From assembly GCA_951406725.2 (NCBI GenBank), contig OX597824.1:55180001-55244000 (forward strand): a stretch of 64,000 bases of DNA. Reading direction: 5' to 3'. Positions within the stretch are counted from its first letter, which is position 1. Each line of letters starts with the position of its first letter. Positions 1 to 14,135 of this stretch are shown here, piece after piece. Origin of the DNA: Octopus vulgaris. Taxonomy: Eukaryota. The notes below the pieces were generated by a model. That model did not search any database, had not been told where the DNA came from, and saw only the letters and a program-made list of their open reading frames with translations. The translations under genes were made by a program, and so were the position numbers.

Positions 1-1904
1 TTAGTACATTCATCTGGCACTTGTATTTGTAAGTAAGCATCAGAAAGATCTAATTTCGAGAACAACTTACCACCATTTAGTTTTGAGAAGATTTCCTCTG
101 GGATAGATAATGGGTAGTTATACTGTCTTAAACATTCATTTAGTCCTGTCAAGAAATTTGCACATACATGAATTTTATTGTTCTTTTTTACATACACTTT
201 TGGAGACACCCAATGTGAATAGTTGATCTTTTCAATCACTCCCATTTTTTCCAGTCTGTCTTATTCCTTATTCACTTGTTCCAGTGCTGCAAATGGTACA
301 TTATGTTTGGGTTTGGAAACTGGTTATGAATTTACTTTTACCTGAAATTTGGTTTTAAATTTATTGCACCAACCCAACTTGTTTGAAAACACATCACTTT
401 TAAAACCTTTTCACTTTTAAAACACATCACTTTTAAAACCTTTTCACTTTTAAAAAATTTTCTGACTCTGTATTTGAACTAGTGCATGACCCCATTATTA
501 TTTATGGGTAAGTCCCATAAGTTGAACAGTTCCATCCAGTCTGTTCCGAAAAGGTTGCCTATATTTTTTTATACACAAGCTTTTGCTTTTATAGTCTTAC
601 CACAAAATATAATGTTACAGATAATGTCGCCTTTGAAAATTAATTTAGTCCTTGAGACACCACATGTGATCTTCAAGATTTTCTGAACTATAGGTTTCCT
701 GATTGTTTTCCATGTGTTTACATTGATTAAAGTAATGTCACTATCTGTATCTGTTGTGTGGACATCCCCAGTTGATAAGTAGGCTAGTCCAATATGTATA
801 AATAGTGGACATGATAGCTAGTTGTAGATGTGTCGAAAGAGTGAACCGGAGCAGTGAGTAGACTAGACGTCGAGTTCTGTTGAGTTGAGTCGGAAGTGAG
901 AGTTCGGTAGTTGAGTAGAGGTATGTTATTGGTGAAGGCACGCCATCTGAGTGTGCGATATAACAGTAGCTAACTGTAATTTTACATTTGTATTATTAAT
1001 TTTTACATACACAAATTTCCTTTCAGTCACGTTTGTATCTCTTGTTGCTGATAAACTGTTTACATGATTTTTCTGCTGAACCTTTTTCTAGATTTTGTTT
1101 TTACAGTGATTTTTTTATGAAGCATTTTCGATTTTTATAAGGACAGTTGAATCTGAAATGTAATTCTCCACATCCAAAACATGGTTTAATTTTCTGCTTG
1201 TCATTTTTTACTTCCGGCTTTAATTTGTTTTGTATCATACCTTAGGTTTATCATTCTCTGGCATTTCTCAGATATTTCTTGTAGTGTTAGCTTCTGATTC
1301 TGCTCTAATTTAGTCAGATTTTGGTTACAAATTTCCACATCTTTCTTTGCCGTTAAATTTTGCATGAAAATTAAACACATCTGGTTCATTAATTTTAAAT
1401 CTCTCCCATTCCCTATTAATAATTCCAGTGTATGTAATAAAATCTTTGTCGTCTTTTTTTTTGTAATATTCATGCATTGCCAACATGTATTAAATAAAGA
1501 TCTTTTTGTGCTTAAAATCTTTGATAAAATATTCCCAGTTTGTTCAAAAGACTTCACCTGGTCTACTTGGTAATATGCTGGTGCAAACTTTCTCAGCAAG
1601 AGTTGGGGGTTTTTGTCTTGCCAACTGGAGCATTCTTCTCTAAAAATTTCCTCATACCTTCTAAAGTAAGCAGGAGAAGGGTATATGAACTAGATGTATT
1701 TTCTGTTTTCTTATGTATCAGTTGTATTAAAAGTTGCTGTTGCTTCTAAATTCCAACAACTGCTGTTGTTGCTATTATTGCTGTTGTTTCTGTAATTCCA
1801 ACAACTGTTGTTGTTGTTACTGTAATTGAATTACCAAAGCTAATAAACTTTCCATGTTCAAACAACAATCTGACTAGCATGAGCTTCGAATAATGTCGTT
1901 GCCA
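1..1904 (-). mobile_element. Decayed Ty3/gypsy LTR retrotransposon (K02A2.6-like): gag, protease and start of RT; continues off the left edge
   Basis: Minus-strand translation gives a Q-rich gag start (~1855), gag 'SLFNTCWQCMNITKK...LTLQEISEKCQRMINLRYDT' and zinc knuckle 'CFGCGELHFRFNCPYKNRKC'. It continues with retropepsin 'KLQL-DTDSDITLINVNTWK' and RT 'WVSP...YPLSIPEEIFSKLNGGKLFSKLDLSDAYLQI'. Stops and frameshifts are present. A PBS-like TGGCAACGAC lies at 1895-1904, just inside a probable LTR end (...TGACA at 1909). Confidence 0.9.
752..965. mobile_element. Solo LTR (214 bp) nested in the gypsy protease
   Basis: TGTT...AACA termini, flanked by GTATC (747-751) and GTAGC (966-970), a 5-bp TSD with one mismatch. 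Internal TATAAATA. Removing the insert rejoins the protease motif. Confidence 0.8.
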
Positions 1905-3910
1905 ACACTGTCACCTGCCCTTGACAGTTCACACAGTTCTTATTTATTGAAATCTGTTAGTCCACTTTCAGTCACATGAGGGTGTTCAGGATCCTTCCAC
2001 AAGATAGCATCTATGATTGGTTGGAAAGTATCCACATGGGAGGATAAAGAAAAGTATTTACTTTAACTTGATATTGAAGTCAGAATAGTTGTTGTAGAAG
2101 TCGTAGAGCTAGGGAAATTGTAAAAAGAAAGTGGAAAATTTGGTGTGTAAGAAGAAAATGGTGAAGAGACACAAATAAAAGTTGATGGAAGTGTTACTGA
2201 TGGTGGTGGTGAATTTGATGAATTTTACAGGAAGGTGGAAATTATTAAGGAAGGCAAGGAAAAAGTATAGCCATTAAGTTCTCAGTGACCAGTGCTTTTC
2301 CTTCTCTTTTGCATGCCACACAATACATTAAAATATTTTTAAAAAACTAGTAATAAAAACTATTAAAACTTCAATCGCAATGAAAAAATCATTGCGATAT
2401 TAAACTTCTAATGGTCTTAGCTGTTTTCCAGCCTCTCTTAGAAATGCTATATGAAAGGAATATATTTGTCCAAATGGAATTTAAATTCAGCATTGAAGCT
2501 AATAAAGCTCTGTCAATTACTATCCCCTATCCCTTATATCTGAGGTGTAGCTACCCATAATGCATATTAAAAAGTTAACCAAAAAGTTATCATCCTTTTT
2601 GCCTGCAGTCCTCACCCTATCAGTTCACATATTGAAACTCTCCACTTGATGAATGTTGTTGTGAAGCTGTTTTTCTAACCTTTGAAACCATTACATGTCA
2701 CAAGGATACACAGAGTTGATGCTTTTCAAGTGGATTAGAAACACATTTTACCCTTTTATAGGATACTAGTCAAACACTGTTAGTTTTTTTCTATAGTAGG
2801 AATTGAATTCAGTATTGTACACCATTAAATCACTATGGAACTACTATTGCTTACAGCAGGGAATTATACCACTTGAAGTATATATATAGAACTTGGTGGA
2901 TTCAACTTCTTGGTTGGTTGCTTAATACTCAATTGATTCTTGAAACTTTCTATGAAGACCGATTTAAGTTTGAGAAATGTATTGTTTTTCTATTTCTGTT
3001 AAGTGATTTGTATTGTCTTTCAGGAACCTTTACCAACACCCTCAATACCACCATCTTATCCAGTTCCAAAGTGCCTTCAATATCCTGTAAGTATTTTGTT
3101 AAAAAATTGTGATATTCAAAAATTAATATCATGTGAGTAATTTTATTATAAAAATAGTCAAGTGCCAAATATATTAAAGCACCTTACAGTGTTTAGTTTA
3201 ATTTCTTAGCATCTTTAATTTAAATACTACTAAGATTATGTTTGCCTTTTGTCTCTCTAGGGCGTATACTTGAGTTGATTCAATTGACAATACCTAAGCA
3301 CAACACATTTTTGGCCTTAATAAGAATCATTTTTTTCTGTTGAAAGGGAATAGAAATAATTCCAACAGTGTTAAAAATCTCAGTTCTCAGATTGAGTTTC
3401 TGATGAAGTTTCTTTTCCAAACTGACACCAATTGATCAGTCCCTTTGCTTATGTCAATTTAGAAAGACAGAAACGACACAATTTTATATTTCCCTGTCTA
3501 ATTAAAAGAAATCCAGTGTCACTGAAGATGGCAGTGGATCTCTCTTCTGTTGCCATTCATTATTTCCAGTCAGTGTAACAAAGGATGTCGTGGCACATAT
3601 TCTGACCCAATCTCCATTACTCAGTTGTGCTGTTCATTGGCACAGGATCCACATACTTTCCACTCACCCTGCACTATACTCATCACATGAGCTTTCTGCC
3701 CCTTTCTCATATCCTGCATATCAGTGGTTGCATTAGACCACTTGTACCCAATTTACTCTGTCTTCACCTTCTCATGTACTGTTTGTTATTACCCCATTTC
3801 ACTCTGTCTGCAATATTCCCATGCATTCTAGACCTCTTTACTCACTCTATCTCCTGAATCACATAGACTTCTGTCATCTCCTTATCATCTCAGTCACATT
3901 GCCTTGAATA

Positions 3911-5226
3911 TATGAGAGGTGTTCATTAAAGATTTCTCTTGACCCACTTCCCAAGGACTGGGATAAACGAAACTTGGCATAATTATTAGTCCTTCTCTAC
4001 ATAGCCACTACCAATGGTGACACAATTCTCCCATCACTTTATGCAGCTGTGAAGACCTTATCTGTAGAAGTCAGTAAGTTGCATCTGGAACCAAAACCTC
4101 AGGAATATGTTCATCATCATCCAAAAAGTGCTTCCCCTTCAAAAAAGACTTTATATTTGGAAAGAAGTGGAAGTCAGATGGTGCGAGGTTGGGAGAGTAA
4201 GGAGGATGAAGAAGGATTTTCATATGCACATTGTGAACTGGAGCATTGGCTTGGAGGAGACGGACTCCTTTGGTCAGCATGCCATGCTTCTCTACTTTGA
4301 TGGCATCCTGCAATTTCTGCAGCAGAGAAGCATAATATGCCCTGTTAATTGTGGTGCCCTTTGCCAGCAAAGCTATCATGACTACTCTGTGTTGGTCCCA
4401 AAAGACTGAGCATTACCTTGCCTGCTATGGGTTGGACATGAGCCTTCTTTGGAGGTGGTGTGTTATCATGCTCAAGATCATAGTGATAGACCCATATTTC
4501 ATCCTTTGTGATAAATCTGCTGAAAAGTCCTCAATTTCTTGGCACATTGCCAAAAGAGCCTAGGAGCAATTGACTCATTCCTCTTTCTGAAAAGGCATGA
4601 GCATCATGCAAACAACTTCCGCATATGTAAATGGTTGTGAATGATTTTTTCCATTGACCCAACACTTATCTTCACTTTTTGGCCTAGTTACTGAATAGTT
4701 ATGCGGCAATCCTCCATTTTATGGATGTCATCAATGGCAGAATGTGGCCGTCCAGGAATAGGGGCAGTTTCCATCAATGTCCAACTACATTTGAACTGGC
4801 AATGCCAGTGCTTGACTACATCATATGATGGTGCATCATCACCATAAACTTCTTTCATCTAATTGAAAGTCTCTTTTGGTGTATGACCCTTCAAGTATAA
4901 GAACCTGATCACTGATCTGCATTCAACTGCCTCCATTATAACACCTTAGTTCACTTCAGCAGCCGTAAAAGTCAAACGAATACTAGTGGAAAGCTGCAAT
5001 TCATAATGTGACATGTAGAGATATAATAATAATAATAATGAAATTATTGTATACAGTGCTCCACAACTTGTCAGAAAGTGCGTATAAAGTGTATGCAGTA
5101 ATGTAGAAATGTCTGGAAAGCGAACAATGTATGAGTCAGATGTATGTATGATTATACTGTACAAGATTCGTTTCCTGCAATAACTGGAAGCTGGTCAGGG
5201 GAAACCTTTAATGGACATCCCTTGTG
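3911..5226 (-). mobile_element. Full-length degenerate mariner (Tc1/mariner) transposon
   Basis: Transposase remnants 'TINRAYYASLLQKL...LLQANAPVH...HPPYSPNLAPSDFHFFPNIKSFLKGKHF'. Imperfect TIRs ATGAGAGGTGTTCATTAAAGATTTCTCTTGACC (3912-3944) and GGTCAGGGGAAACCTTTAATGGACATCCCTTGT (5193-5225). Length ~1.3 kb. Confidence 0.9.
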
Positions 5227-5743
5227 CATACATATTTCAGAATAACTATTTCTATCACTCCACTCTTTATCTCAGAGTATTTCTATCACTCACAGATATC
5301 TCTCTTCACTCTCATTTTTACCTCTATCACTTAAGCTTCTCACCTTGTGAGATAGTGGGGTTGTGAGATCTCTTTAGTAGTGTCAAGAACATAGCCACAT
5401 TTCTCATTTTAGTGTCACAAAAACACACCTAGTACACTCTGTAAGGTAAAGTGAGTGAGAACCTTTAAGTCTTGTTGAGAACATAAAATCTCTTTGGTGC
5501 TGATGTTATGGAAAAAGCACTAAGTGTACTCTGTAAACTGGCTAGTGTTTGGAAGGGCATCTAATCATATACAGACCAAGCCAAAATGAAATTCAAACAA
5601 GATAAGGTTCCTAAACTTAGGTTATCTGTACCTCCGAACAAATGGTAACTCAAACTGTGGTGACCCATCTAACCCATACCAGCATGAGAAGCAGATGTAA
5701 ACTGTTGATTATGGTGATACTACTGTTGCTGCTGGTTATATAT

Positions 5744-5745
5744 AC

Positions 5746-5776
<31 letters not shown>

Positions 5777-5885
5777 TGTATGTATGTATGTATGTATGTA
5801 TGTATGTATGTATGTATGTATGTATGTATGTGTGTGTGTATGTATGCGCATTATATATGTATGCATGTGTGTGTGCTTGTGTGTA
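5744..5885. repeat. (ATGT)n microsatellite
   Basis: Direct tandem repeat of TATG. Confidence 0.95.
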
Positions 5886-6372
5886 ATACTGATAATCATG
5901 ATTGTTAACTTCAGAGTACAGAAGATTGCATAATGTGTACAGTAACAAATCACTTCATGCATATCTCAAATATAAATGTAAATAGAGGGGACTACTCATT
6001 GTGCAGTTGTATGTGTAAAATAACATTTCTTTAAGTATCACTGTATGAAGAAAGTTTGCACACTTATTTCAAAAGTATGGAAAATACAAAGAACAATAAC
6101 TGCTGGCTGGTTGGCAAAAAGTAATTGAATCAATTCACTTCTCAAATAAAGCTGAGTTAGTCATGTTATGATATGAAATCAAGTGTGATAATTGCCCTAA
6201 GATACTTCAAACAGTATTTAAATCTGCTGTGCAACTTATTGCATCATACAGTTCCTTTTTACATATACATACATTCAAAATTCTTTCTTAGGCTTAAGTA
6301 CAGAAGTAACTTATGGAGACTTATGCATGCAAACGTTGTTTACTTACAATATATCTTTTCTATTCTTTACAG

Positions 6373-6458
6373 AAAGTTCCATTGTCAGTATCTTTACCAA
6401 ACACCTACAATAGGCATATATTAGTTACTGGCTATCCAAGCTCACAGTATCCTGAAAG
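6373..6458 (+). CDS. Galectin CRD, first visible coding exon (KVPLSVSLPNTYNRHILVTGYPSSQYPE-R); upstream exon(s) not identified
   Basis: ttctttacAG acceptor and AG|GTatc donor. 86 nt ending in phase 2, which joins the phase-matched A of the next exon to make Arg. Resembles a galectin CRD start (xVP...I-x-V-x-G). Confidence 0.75.
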
Positions 6459-6559
6459 GTATCATTTTCTTCTTTATATTCACATTGTATAAAGACTATA
6501 TGGATGTATATTTATCACAGGTTCCATTCCATTTACTTTGAATGTACTCTATATCTTTA

Positions 6560-7210
6560 TACAGCTGTCCTCCTTCATATACATCACAAGTCCATATCAA
6601 TACAGTTTTTTTCCATGCACAATTCTTATAACCAGCTCATTTGTGCTCTGCTGTCCATGCAAACATCCAGCAAAGCATTTTTGCTTCATTTCTTTCTAGC
6701 CAATGCAGTTCCTTTGCATTCAAGGTTCATGTTTTCCTACAGGCAGCATCACACTTTACATACAGGTATCATATAATCAGCCCTTCACTCTAAAGGAGAA
6801 ACCCTTTGTTGACAGTAGAGGTAATAACTTTCTTAACTTTTCCATATTCTTACTCTGGTTGCTTTACTCTCAGAACACCCATTCGTACTGCTAATTTGGT
6901 CTCCTAGGTAACAGAAGCTATCAGCAATTTCTAGAGAGGAACCTAGGCATTCCATGGAGATTATTTTGCAAGTGCTCTTAATACTCATTGTCCTTGAGCA
7001 ACTACTGCAAGCAAAATTTATATTTCTCATTCATCTGTAGTTTGCATGAATACTTCATATAGCATTATTACTTGGTCCTTTTCTACAAATTCAGCATGGA
7101 CATTTCTCTCATGGCAATGGGATCCTGTCCTCTTTCCTACTTACTAACACTTCAATTTTTTTCTAAATTCACTTTGCAACCTCATGATTCCAAGTTCAAT
7201 TTCTATGCGT
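6560..7210 (-). mobile_element. Decayed RTE-clade LINE fragment
   Basis: 'SLEIADSFCYLGDQIS...GCSESKATRVRIW' and the following 'LLPLLSTKGFSFRVKG' resemble the post-RT region of RTE elements. Confidence 0.75.
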
Positions 7211-7919
7211 GATATTTCTTTTCACATACATACATGCTTGCATGCATTATATATATACATGCTTGCATGCATTACATATATACATGTATGCATACATACA
7301 TACATACATACATACATACAGACATACTTCACTTGAAGTCACAAGTCGCATATTTGGAATGGGAGACTATTTATTGAAAATACAATGATTACTATCTCCA
7401 ACTTTGAAGCCACAACCATCAGCTTTGTTAAACTAGTTTATCTTTGGATGAATTAACCTTTATTTCAAGACCATAGCAATTTTTGACTGCAACTTGACTC
7501 ATGCAGAGAGTTATTTACAAACGACATGTCATTTTCTTTGTCTTGCAAAAATACTTGGTGACCCTGTTTGTGTAGGTACCATTTAAAAAGCACAGAGTCC
7601 ACACTTTAAAGTGGTTGGCATTTGGAAGGGCATCTACCTTTAAAATCCACGCTACAACTAACTTCACCTGTGTGAGTGCCATGTAAAAAGCACTCAGCCC
7701 ACTCTACGGATTGGTTGGTATTAGGAAGGGCATCCAACCATAAAAACCATGCCAAAACAGACACAGAAGCATGACACAGGCTTCTGTCTGGCCAGCTCAG
7801 ATCTTTGTGGTTTTCAGCATTGTTTACAATTTTGTTCCAATTGTTTTCAAATTTGGTATATGGATTAAGTTTTGCATACTAATTATGAAAATGAAATTTA
7901 TTTTTCCTATACATCCATA

Positions 7920-7950
7920 ACTAGCAGTATAGCCTGGCATTGCCCAGGAT
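7920..7950 (-). mobile_element. Helitron-type 3' terminus (hairpin + CTAG) of a non-autonomous element extending rightwards
   Basis: Minus strand reads CCTGGGCAATGCCAGGCTATACTGCTAGT, the same motif as at 15456-15484 and 28827-28855. Confidence 0.6.
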
Positions 7951-10559
7951 TAAGTTAGGATTATTAAGCTAATAAAGCACTTTGTTTCAAACCAAACTAA
8001 GTAACACTGACGACAAATTTGAATGAAATCTGTTGAAATTGGTAAACGTTTGGCTGAAAATAGGTTGCAGACAATTTGATTGGGAAATCCCATAAAGAAT
8101 CGGTTTATTGATTTTTCGATTCATCAATTGTTTTTTTGGAGAACTTGGAGCATTCCATTTTTGGAGCATTCAAAGATCGGCATCAAGTTTGAACAAAATA
8201 TATCAAAATTGGTAAAAGTGATGGTTGAAAATAGGGTGTAGCCAATTTTAGTGAGAAATCTGATAAGGAATCAGTTTATCGATTCTTCATCCTGATTGAA
8301 TGGAAAACCCCATAAGGAATCAGTTTATTGATTTTTCACCCCAAATAGAACTTAACCGAACACAACATGGCTGATTCAAAACTATATTTTTACTTTAAAG
8401 TTGGTTTTCACACCCAACCCAGATCTTCAGAATCAGTGCTGTGATGGGAACGCATGAGTTGGGAGTTTGACCAGCAGAGGTGATCAGGTTGCACATACTG
8501 GTCCTTTCGAAACCACCTAACCTAGCGAAAGCAGTGACTAATCCCGAACTAGACCTAACCAATCCTAGGGGTACTATTGGTCAAGGCTGCGTCGAAGATA
8601 TGCATTGGAGAAGGTTGCGTCAGAGATCTGCCTCATAGATCTGCATTGGAGAAGGTTGCATTGAAAGTTTGCACGCTATTATATATATATATATATATAT
8701 ACATATTTCGTTTTTGGATTTGGTTTGCAAGACTCTTTATGTGAGTTCGTGTGTTGAAGCATATTCTGTTGTGTCTGGGGAGAGTCATTTTCTTTTTGTG
8801 CCTTATAATTTAACACACTCTTACACCTTATTTTCCTAAAATTTTCATTGTGTCTTGCAACCTTTTCAATAGTCTTGACTCTGTTATTTACACTGCATTC
8901 CTTTTTGTTTGTTTGTGCGCATGTGTGTGGGTCAGTGTGTGTGTGTGTGTGTGTCTGTGTGTGTGCGCCTATGCATGTATGTATGTATGTATTTGGGTTT
9001 TTTTGCCAATTAGAAGTGAGTATTTTACACATCACCATGGTGTAAAACTCTGTTTCCATAGTAACCAAAGATGCTGTGCATGCACACAAGGAGGAGAAGG
9101 TTATATGAGAAAGATAATTTTCTACTATAATGATATTCTTTTTTTTTCTGTCACAACATATGAATGAGAAAGGAAGGGATGATGGCAAACCGGCAGTGGG
9201 AGTGTTTCAACTCTGTATGAGTACATGTGTGTGTATGTAAAAGGGAGGTGTATGAATGTTTGTGTGTGTGCAGTGGAAGTGGGATGGTGAATTTTTTAAC
9301 TAATAAATGTCTGTTTTAAGCAATGCTTTGATTGTTATTTCTAGCAACTCCTGTTGATTTGTTTGTTCATAGCTTTTAAATATTTAATTTGCTCGCAAAT
9401 GTTTTAATGTTAACTTCATTTGTTTATATTCTAATGTTTTGACTGTTATTTCTAGCAATGTTTTGACATGCCAATGCCCCCCCCCCCCCCACTCCCCACT
9501 CCCGATGATGGAAGCGGCAGCGAATGTGCTGTTTTCTGATTGACTGATAATTCTGAAAATTATCAAACTTTGAACACCTGTAACATTTTTTCAAAATTTT
9601 TCTAGCATAAATGAATAACAAATTCGGACTTAGCATAAAAAATTACATCTTTATAACACAATAACAAACTTTTTTAAAGATAATTGTAAACAGTGATGAA
9701 AACTACAAAGATCCGCCAGTTCCTGTCGAACTATCCAACCCATGCCAACATGGCAGGAGGACATTAAATGATGATGATGGTCATGGCTGGACATAACAAC
9801 ATCAACAACACAACTGAGGAACTAAACAAAAACAATAGCACCGCAGGTAGACAAATTCTTTCTAAAGAAGAAACTGTATCTACAAAATACATTTTTCTTA
9901 ACTGTTATAAAAGAGTAAAATGAACAGATAATGAACAGAAGAAAAGCATACTGGGATGATCTACACTCACAACTAAATTATTTTACTGTGAATCAATTAC
10001 GCCAACAAGCAACATTGGTAGAACATAGGATGAAAGACAGTAAATGTAACTTTATTATAAAAACTCTAAAATTAACCTTCTCCTAAACAGTATAAACAAA
10101 AGTGTAAACAATGTTAGAACACCACATGGTTTCATAGTTAGTGATATTCCAACAGATACTATACTGCTTGCCAGCCAAACTACATTACAGGCTGAAGCAG
10201 CTGACCACTGTCCTTTCACTACAGCTCTGATAAATAGCAGACACAAACCCAACAATCATTGCAGTAGTAGTCAGAGTTATATATTGGTAAAATATGTCCT
10301 TAATAAAATTTTTCAAGGAAAAATAATTTTGGCTCTGAAGTATTTTCTCTTTGAGAGAGAATCCTCTGCCAAAGTAAGCAAAAGGCCAACACAGTATTAA
10401 AAGTTGTTAATGAAATTGGAGAAGAGTATTTACAGCAGTGTAATGAACCCTCATTCTGGCAGATTAATGCCTGTCTGTAAGCCCTGTCTACTACTGCAAC
10501 AGTGTGTGAATGACATCCAAAGAGTAAACAACACCAAAACAATGAAGAAAATGCCATCA

Positions 10560-13072
10560 TGGGTTTTGAAGACTGAGAAAAAGACAGCTGATTTATGGCA
10601 GACCATCAGTCATGCGACAATACTTATTGCTTGCAAGTAAGCAAATTACTATATGTCTTACCAAGAAAAAGTAAAGAAGTAGACAGAAGTGAGGTTTAGT
10701 GATAGAAAAAGAGAACACTCAATTGCAAATTGAACATCCTCAAGCAGGAGCTAAAAGCTGCCAGTGAGAAACTCTAGTACCAGAAGAGAATAACCAAAAG
10801 TAAAACAATAAATAAAAAATTTAACTGGAACCAGGCAGCAGTGTACAGAGGCATGTGAGGAGAAACAATAAATATCATAGAAGCTTCTTCATGAGAAGAC
10901 ATAGACTCCTTCTGGAGGAAAATCTGGAGCAAAGAGATGTAGTTTAACCAAGATGCTCTGTGGCTTGAAGAAATTCGAAATAATTGTTGTCTCTGCTTTA
11001 CACCCAAGATATACAACATTGATGGTGATACCCTTGTGACTCTAATCCCGAAATCTCAGGATGGAAAAGCACGTGGAAGAGACTTGATTGTTGGATACTG
11101 GTACAAGAAGCTAACCTTCTACCAACCATATTTTATTAACCTATACCAGCAAGCTCTTAATGGGAATAGTAGCATACTACACTGGTTAGCTTTGACTGAG
11201 ATAAAACTGATCTCCAAAAGCAGAACCACCTACATAGCAAAAAGCTACCAGCCAATTACATGTCAGAACTTAATGTATAAAATATATACAGCATGTTTGA
11301 ATTTCTTCTTCCAAGAACATTGTGAAAGTAATAACATCATTACAGTAAAACAAGCAGCTAGAAAGAGAGTCTGGGGCATGCCAGTCAATTGTTCATAATC
11401 AAAAATGTCAGAGATGCAGGCGCATAAGAAGAACCTAGTTTCAATGTGACTGGATTACAAGCAAGCTTTTGACTCTGTTCCCCACTAAGGAATGATGGAA
11501 GTCCTTTGACTTGCTAAAGTTCTAGAGAGTATAGTCAAAGCCATACCTAACCTGACTTCATCATGGGCCATCATCTTGAAGTTAATACAAGGAGTGATTG
11601 TATTATCACTAATAAAATACAGCATCACAGAGGTATATTCCAAGGGGACAGCCTCTCTATGATGCTGTTCATACTTTCTGTAAACCTCTTGTCATTCATA
11701 TTAAGGAAGTCTGAAGGATATCTCACTGGTTCACAAGGAAACAGAAATACCAAAATTACTGCTTCTTTGTGGATGACTTGAAACTGTATGCCAAGAGGAA
11801 CTGCATGTTAAGAGAAACTATGCCATGAGATGAAAAAGAGCCTTGATCTGGTTACAACATTCTCAAAGGATATAGGATTGCAGTTTGGTCAGGATAAATG
11901 ACGCTATATAGCTGTAAAAACAGGGAAAAGTATAAACTATAGTAGCAGCATCTCTATCAATGACTTAGCTGCTTCCCCCATATCTGATGAGGAATGTTAT
12001 AGGTACCTAGGAGTAGATGATAATATATCTTATGATGATACCTGTAACAAGACATGTATCACTAAAGAATATTACAGCTGGATAAGAAAATATGAACCTT
12101 GGAATTCTCTGCATTTAATAAAACAGTGGCCCACAATGTTTTTGCAGTACCAGTACAAGCACCAACATTTGGGCTACTTGATTGTATGCTTGAGAAGATC
12201 CAAGCCATTGATGTGAAAACCCAAAAGATACTGCTCAGCACAAATAATTTTCACATCAATAAAGGGGCTTAACATTGATCCAGACTGCCTTTCAATGTCA
12301 TATCATATCCCTTCGGTAACATCTTTTAACCACCAAGTATCAAAGTGCATCCCTTGACTAAGTTTGCATACATGAGGCAGATAACATCATGAGACTTGTA
12401 AAAGCAATATTCTGAATACCTGCCTGAAGAAGTCACACAACTCTACCACAGCATATCATCAGATGAAAGGATAAGTGTATATCAGCAGACAACAATGCAT
12501 GAATATGTTAGCTGAAAGCTTCAGGATGATAGTAACATTGACAATCAAAGCAGTCTATCATGAACCAACAACTGGATTACTAAATCCTATTTTGAAGGGT
12601 TTGCATTTGAAATCCAGGAACAAGAAATACAAACCAAATACCTGATGCACAAAAGGGAGAGAGACACTGGTAGAACACCAAAATGTGAAAACCAATGCAG
12701 ATTTTATTGAGTTAATACCAAAGATATCACCCATATCATAAGCAGTTGTCCAAAAATGTTATCACTGATGAGACATGATGTAGTCAAGACACTATACAAT
12801 GAAATCTGTCAGAATGATAACCCTCAAGCCAAAGAAATAAGAACCCACAGTATGGTAGAAGCCATAGCCACTCATAATAAAAAGGAGTACTGGTGGACTG
12901 TCCCAGTGAAAACCTCAATAAAATGTAAGCATAATAAGCTTGAAATAATGTACAGTAGTGGGAATTAGTTGCCCAGCAGATATTAACATAAGCCTAAAGA
13001 TTAGTATAAAAGAAAATACCTACCTGAACTATTGAGAAATCTATGGCTACTCTACCCAGATTACAAGTTCAG
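10560..13072 (+). mobile_element. Decayed RLE-type (R4/Dong/NeSL-like) non-LTR retrotransposon
   Basis: RT motifs 'YQPITCQNLMYKIYT', 'LDYKQAFDSVPH', 'RGIFQGDSLS', 'FVDDLKLYA' and 'YLGV'. These are followed by a CCHC remnant 'CRF...THIISSCPK', 'RHD' and 'EYWW...KHNK' of the restriction-like endonuclease region. Many stops. The 5' boundary is uncertain and may start near 9800. Confidence 0.85.
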
Positions 13073-13114
<42 letters not shown>

Positions 13115-13127
13115 ACATGCATGTGTG

Positions 13128-14135
13128 TACAAAATGGTATAAAAAAGTTCCCAGAATAGTTCTGTTGCATGCTAGCAGATGGTAGCACACAGTTGTGTGC
13201 ACAATGAGAGCTAGCAGTGACCTTCATGAGGCAGTGTGCTAAGTGACATCGTTGTGTTTACTTTGCAAGTTGTGAAATTTGTATTTTTGTGATCACTTGT
13301 ATGCTGTGGTCTGTGATTTTGTCATGGACCGGGAGTTGGAACAAAGAGCCAATGTGAAATTTTGAGTTAGAGTTGGGAAGTCTGCTACAGAGACATTGAG
13401 CATGCTTCAGCAAGCTTATGGTGACAAGGCAATGTTTTGAGTGGCATGGGTGCTTCAAAAGTGGAAGAAAGTCCTTGGAAGACCTGCCACAAAATGTGGA
13501 GAAATTCATCAGCTTGTACATGAGGATCATTGGAAGACAATCAATGACATTGCTGACGTTGTTGGTCTGTCGTATGGGTCTGTGCAGGCAATCCTAATGT
13601 CTGAATTGAACATGCAGTCTGTCTCTGCCAGATTTGTCCCCACCTGCAGCCCATTGAGCAGAAAGAAAATCGTGTCAGAGTCTGTCAAGATCTCTGTCAG
13701 TATGACACTGTGACCCATCCTTCATGTTTAGGATCTTCACTGGTGATGGGAGCTAGGTCTATGGATAAGACCTTCAGATAAAACAGCAGTCATCATAATG
13801 GAAGAGCCCTTCCATGACCAAAGAAGGCACGACCAAGCTGCAGCTCAACCTAGAGCATGTTCATCATGTTTTTTGACATCTACAGTATTGTGCACCAAGA
13901 ATTCGTCCCCTATGGTCAGATCATCAATTGTGAGTTCTACTGCGACATTTTGAAACATTTGAGGACACTTGGCAAAAGTGACTCCCTAGTGAGTTTCTTT
14001 CTAAAAACAACATTGTATCACTTCTGCACCCACCCTATTCACCAAATTCGGCACCTGTGAACCTCCATCTCTTCCCCATGATGAAAATGCAGCTCAAAGG
14101 TCCCCGTTTTTAACACCAGTGTCAAGATCAAGAGC
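13128..14135 (+). mobile_element. Decayed mariner transposon
   Basis: 'MDRELEQRANVKF..GKSATETLSMLQQAYGD', 'TGDGS-VYG', 'MFFDIYSIVHQEFVPYGQIINCEFYCDILKHLR' and 'HPPYSP'. Confidence 0.88.

Noticed and set aside
386-451. 33-bp tandem duplication
   Set aside because: A simple local duplication inside a dead gypsy pol; no functional implication.
2860-3900. Weak LINE-like peptide remnants on the minus strand and possible upstream galectin exons
   Set aside because: Too degenerate to assign; no exon with convincing splice sites and galectin or linker similarity was found.
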